64,000 nucleotides of DNA from the human T2T-CHM13v2.0 reference genome, Homo sapiens: NCBI GenBank assembly GCA_009914755.4, contig CP086569.2, positions 20,096,001 through 20,160,000 on the forward strand. Reading direction: 5' to 3'. A program made the translations under genes and the position numbers. The notes beneath the pieces are model-generated. The model saw only the letters and a list, made by a program, of their open reading frames with translations. It was not told where the DNA came from and searched no databases. Shown here piece by piece: positions 60,922-64,000 of the stretch. The number at the start of each line of letters is the position of its first letter. Positions within the stretch are counted from its first letter, which is position 1.

Positions 60922-63132
60922 CCCTCTTGTAACTGTTGCTAATAGGAGTTTATATTCAGGGCAACTTGAGTGTATGTTCTTCTCTGGCTATTCTAAAATT
61001 AGGTAGATAAAGACATTCTAATTAAACTAGATTTTAAATTTTTAATTATTTTAGATTGACAATCCTTATTCCCCACTGTCCCTGGAAATTATATAAAATC
61101 ATAGGACAATTTGCAGTGCGACAGCCTGTTCATGGGAGAACAAAGCCTGAATTTAATGGGATGCTTAGTGTCTTCCCTCAGTCCAGGTTTCTACCTAAAT
61201 TTCACTGAATAAAATTGACAGGCTCCTCTGAATTCTTAGCTTCCCTAATGTTACTTGGTAAAACCCTTGGGCCAAATCTCAGAAACTTAAACACAGTAAG
61301 TATTTTTTTTCAGGTATTTATCAGGGCGTATTTCCAGAGATTATTACTGTATGAGAATAAAGGTATTCTATGGAAGCATACAACAGTAAAGCATGGTTAA
61401 ATAAGGTGATGGTAATGAATGGAAGCTCTTAACAAAGATTAAATTATCCACATAATAATACATAAAGAAAAGTGTGAGACATGTTAAGTGAGACATTAGT
61501 TTGCAGAGGTAATCCTAAAAAGCATCAGATTCTGTTGTTTTTTTTTGCTTTTGTGTGTTTTCTATAAATTGTAAAATATATCACATTTGAGTCGCTATAT
61601 TACATTATTATTAAAACTCTATTATTAACATAATTTTTTTAAAATTCAAATTTTCAGATATACTTTGAGAGCAATGTGTTGCAACTGTGGCTGAGTGGTA
61701 AATAAATTTACCAAGCCAATCACAGGTAAATACAGATTTATTAGAGAAAGTACAAAGATACATTGCAGGGGTGCAATATGCAGCACACAGAGAAAGGCTG
61801 TCTGCAATGAGGCAGAGCATGGTGGAAAGTTTTATAGAGCCATGCTGGAGGCACTACAGGGTGAACAAAATCCCAGTGCTAGAACTGTATGCAGAGAGAG
61901 GTAGTTGAAGCAGAATGTTATGACAGTAAATTGTTTGTAATTAACTGTTTCTCAGAACAATTTTTCTTCCCCACCGGGGACCACTTACTCATTGTTATTT
62001 ACTTATCAGCACTTCCCTTTCTCCACCTGACAGAAAAATGAGAAATTTTTGGCATTGGAATGGGGAATCATATTTTTCAACTACTTCCTGCTGACTGTAG
62101 GCATAATACTGGCCCTATTGTTCATCTTTCTGGAGATCCTGTAGGTCATTTTTCTGGATTGTGAAACTTAAGGATTGAATTTTGTTATAAGGAGGAAGCA
62201 TGTTAAGGTAAAATTGGTGTTCAGTAAATTCAGGGGAGATTCAGGAAAGTAGCCGGCATTATTGGGGAGAGACAAATATTTTATTTGCAGTATTACTGGA
62301 AAGTAAAACTTCAGAATTCTAGAAAATAAATTTTTAAGCCAATTATTCAAAAGTAAAAAAAAGTTCTTTTGTAGTTTGACTTTCAATTCTTATTAGTAGC
62401 CTATTTAGACAATCCAAATGTTCAACTTGATATAAAAATTATTTGAGCTTAATTAGACACAGCATAAAGAATAATTTCAGAGAAACTATTGTGCATTAAT
62501 TCCATACAATATTTTAAAGTAATTTTTGTTCCACTAATTTTCTCATGACTTACACTGACTATCTACAACATGCTTGGACTTTCTGACTTGTTCTAAATGT
62601 TCCCCTTTTAAACAACTGTTCATTTTGCTTTAGAATAAGAACTTACCATATATGATTCTTTCCCATATAATAACTTAAAAATAACTTTTCTTATTAAAAA
62701 TACAGTTTAAACTTTGTAACTTTTGAATTGGACAAAAGACATCTTTTCTTCTGGAAGATTATGGTTTGTAGTTTGCTGGTATGTGCATCTTACAGAGAAG
62801 GGGAGATAAGAAGGTTACTTACAGTGATTAATAACTCTCAAAAGATTACTCAGATTTTTTGTTAGGGCTTGTTTGCATAAGTGTAGGCTATTTAAAATCC
62901 CTCAGGTAAGAATATCCAGCTTGAGATTAATGCTAATAATTTAGGTTGCTTATCTAGGAAAAACAGGGCTATTAAAGGAAAAGATGAATCAGAATCTGGG
63001 AGAATATTAAATAGGCACTCATCATGGAAAGTATATTATTGTCCCAAATGGGTGTAGAATATTTTAGTATTACCAGGGACTGGTAGGAAAATGATAATTT
63101 TTTCCTTACATAATATTGAAGGGTGTTAATTT

Positions 63133-63412
63133 TTTTTTTGGATATGAAGTTTTGCTCCTGTTGCCCAGGCTGGAGTGTGATGGCATGATCTCAACTCCCT
63201 GAAATCTCCGACTCTTGGGTTCAAGCAATTCTTCTGCCTCAGCCTCTGAAATATATGGGATTACAGGCATGTACCACTACTTCCAGCTAAATTTTGTATT
63301 TTTGGTAGAAATGGGATTTCCTCATGTTGGCCAGGCTTCTGTCAAACTCCTGACCTCAGGTGATCCACCCACCTTGGCCTCCCAAAGTGTTGGGATTACA
63401 GGCATAAGCCCA
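63133..63412 (-). mobile_element. Alu SINE
   Basis: TTTTTTTTGGATATGAAGTTTTGCTCCTGTTGCCCAGGCTGGAGTGTGATGGCATGATCTCAACTCCCTGAAATC...GGGATTACAGGCATAAGCCCAGCTGTGAGTGAC. Confidence 0.9.
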
Positions 63413-64000
63413 GCTGTGAGTGACTTTTTATTACTAGTGGCAGGAACCTGAATTACTCGAGTTACTGGCAGCATACCTAGATTAGTTTATAGCAATTTCA
63501 ATTCCACCCTCCTCATACCAAAGAATTTGACTGAGGGGGCAAGGCAGAAAGACACCAAGGCAACTTTCAGAGCTAAAGTTTATTTTTAAATACTTTAGAA
63601 TGGAAAAGAAAAAAAAAATGATTTGCTTGGGAAAGATTCAAGTGGTCATGTGAAGGTTAAAGAGATTCTTTAACCTTTATGCTAGTGCTTTATAGGGTCT
63701 CCTCTTTCCCATGTTTTCTCCCTTAGGGTGGGCTTTCCAAATGTGCACTGCCCCTCTTACCCCTTGGAATTTAGCACACACAGTGTGCTTAGGAAGTTGT
63801 ACAGTTGCCCAACTGAGGCTTTCTATCCTTTTTCTCATGGAGTATACACAGAATGTCATATTTTGCCATTTTATCTCAGTGTGCATGCCCAGGAATTTTC
63901 TTCTGTCTGACGTCTGCATTCAATTAACACGTTCATGATATTAGCTGCAGACCATGACAAAATGTCCTCTTCCTGGTTCCTTGGGTAAGTTGCCAAATTA

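Overview
This window is primate (human-type) nuclear genomic DNA, not a prokaryotic or phage locus, so no new defence or biosynthetic system can be called honestly. Six-frame ORFs are short and stop-riddled. Every ORF above about 100 aa is either a translated repeat (the (GGAT)n and (GGAA)n satellites, Alu) or a decayed retroelement reading frame (L1 ORF1/ORF2, retroviral gag/pol/env). No CpG island, promoter or clean host exon is visible. The setting is most likely intronic or intergenic. By eye well over half of the sequence is interspersed repeat. There are about 40 Alu copies or fragments on both strands, with the usual GGCCGGGCGCGGTGGCTCA...poly-A and its reverse complement. There are about 10 L1 segments, including a 5' end running off the left edge, a roughly 5.3 kb minus-strand L1 with recognisable ORF1 and ORF2 pseudo-frames, and two internally deleted L1s. 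There are MaLR-type (THE1/MST-like) LTRs. There are two class-I endogenous retrovirus remnants; one is flanked by short LTR12-like LTRs (HERV9-like provirus) and is interrupted by the 5.3 kb L1 (nested insertion). The structurally unusual points are these. An Alu-plus-flank segment of about 350 bp is duplicated in inverted orientation with a 590 bp spacer (17828-19114). An 800 bp (GGAT)n block faces its complement (ATCC)n 2.3 kb away. A 135 bp Alu-derived unit is tandemly arrayed. Two MaLR LTRs sit back to back, with a 69 bp internal tandem duplication in the first. Several L1s carry non-canonical internal rearrangements. There are pure homopolymer runs of 32-39 nt. All coordinates are read off by eye and are approximate to about 10 bp. 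Repeat family names come from memory of consensus sequences and were not confirmed by a search.
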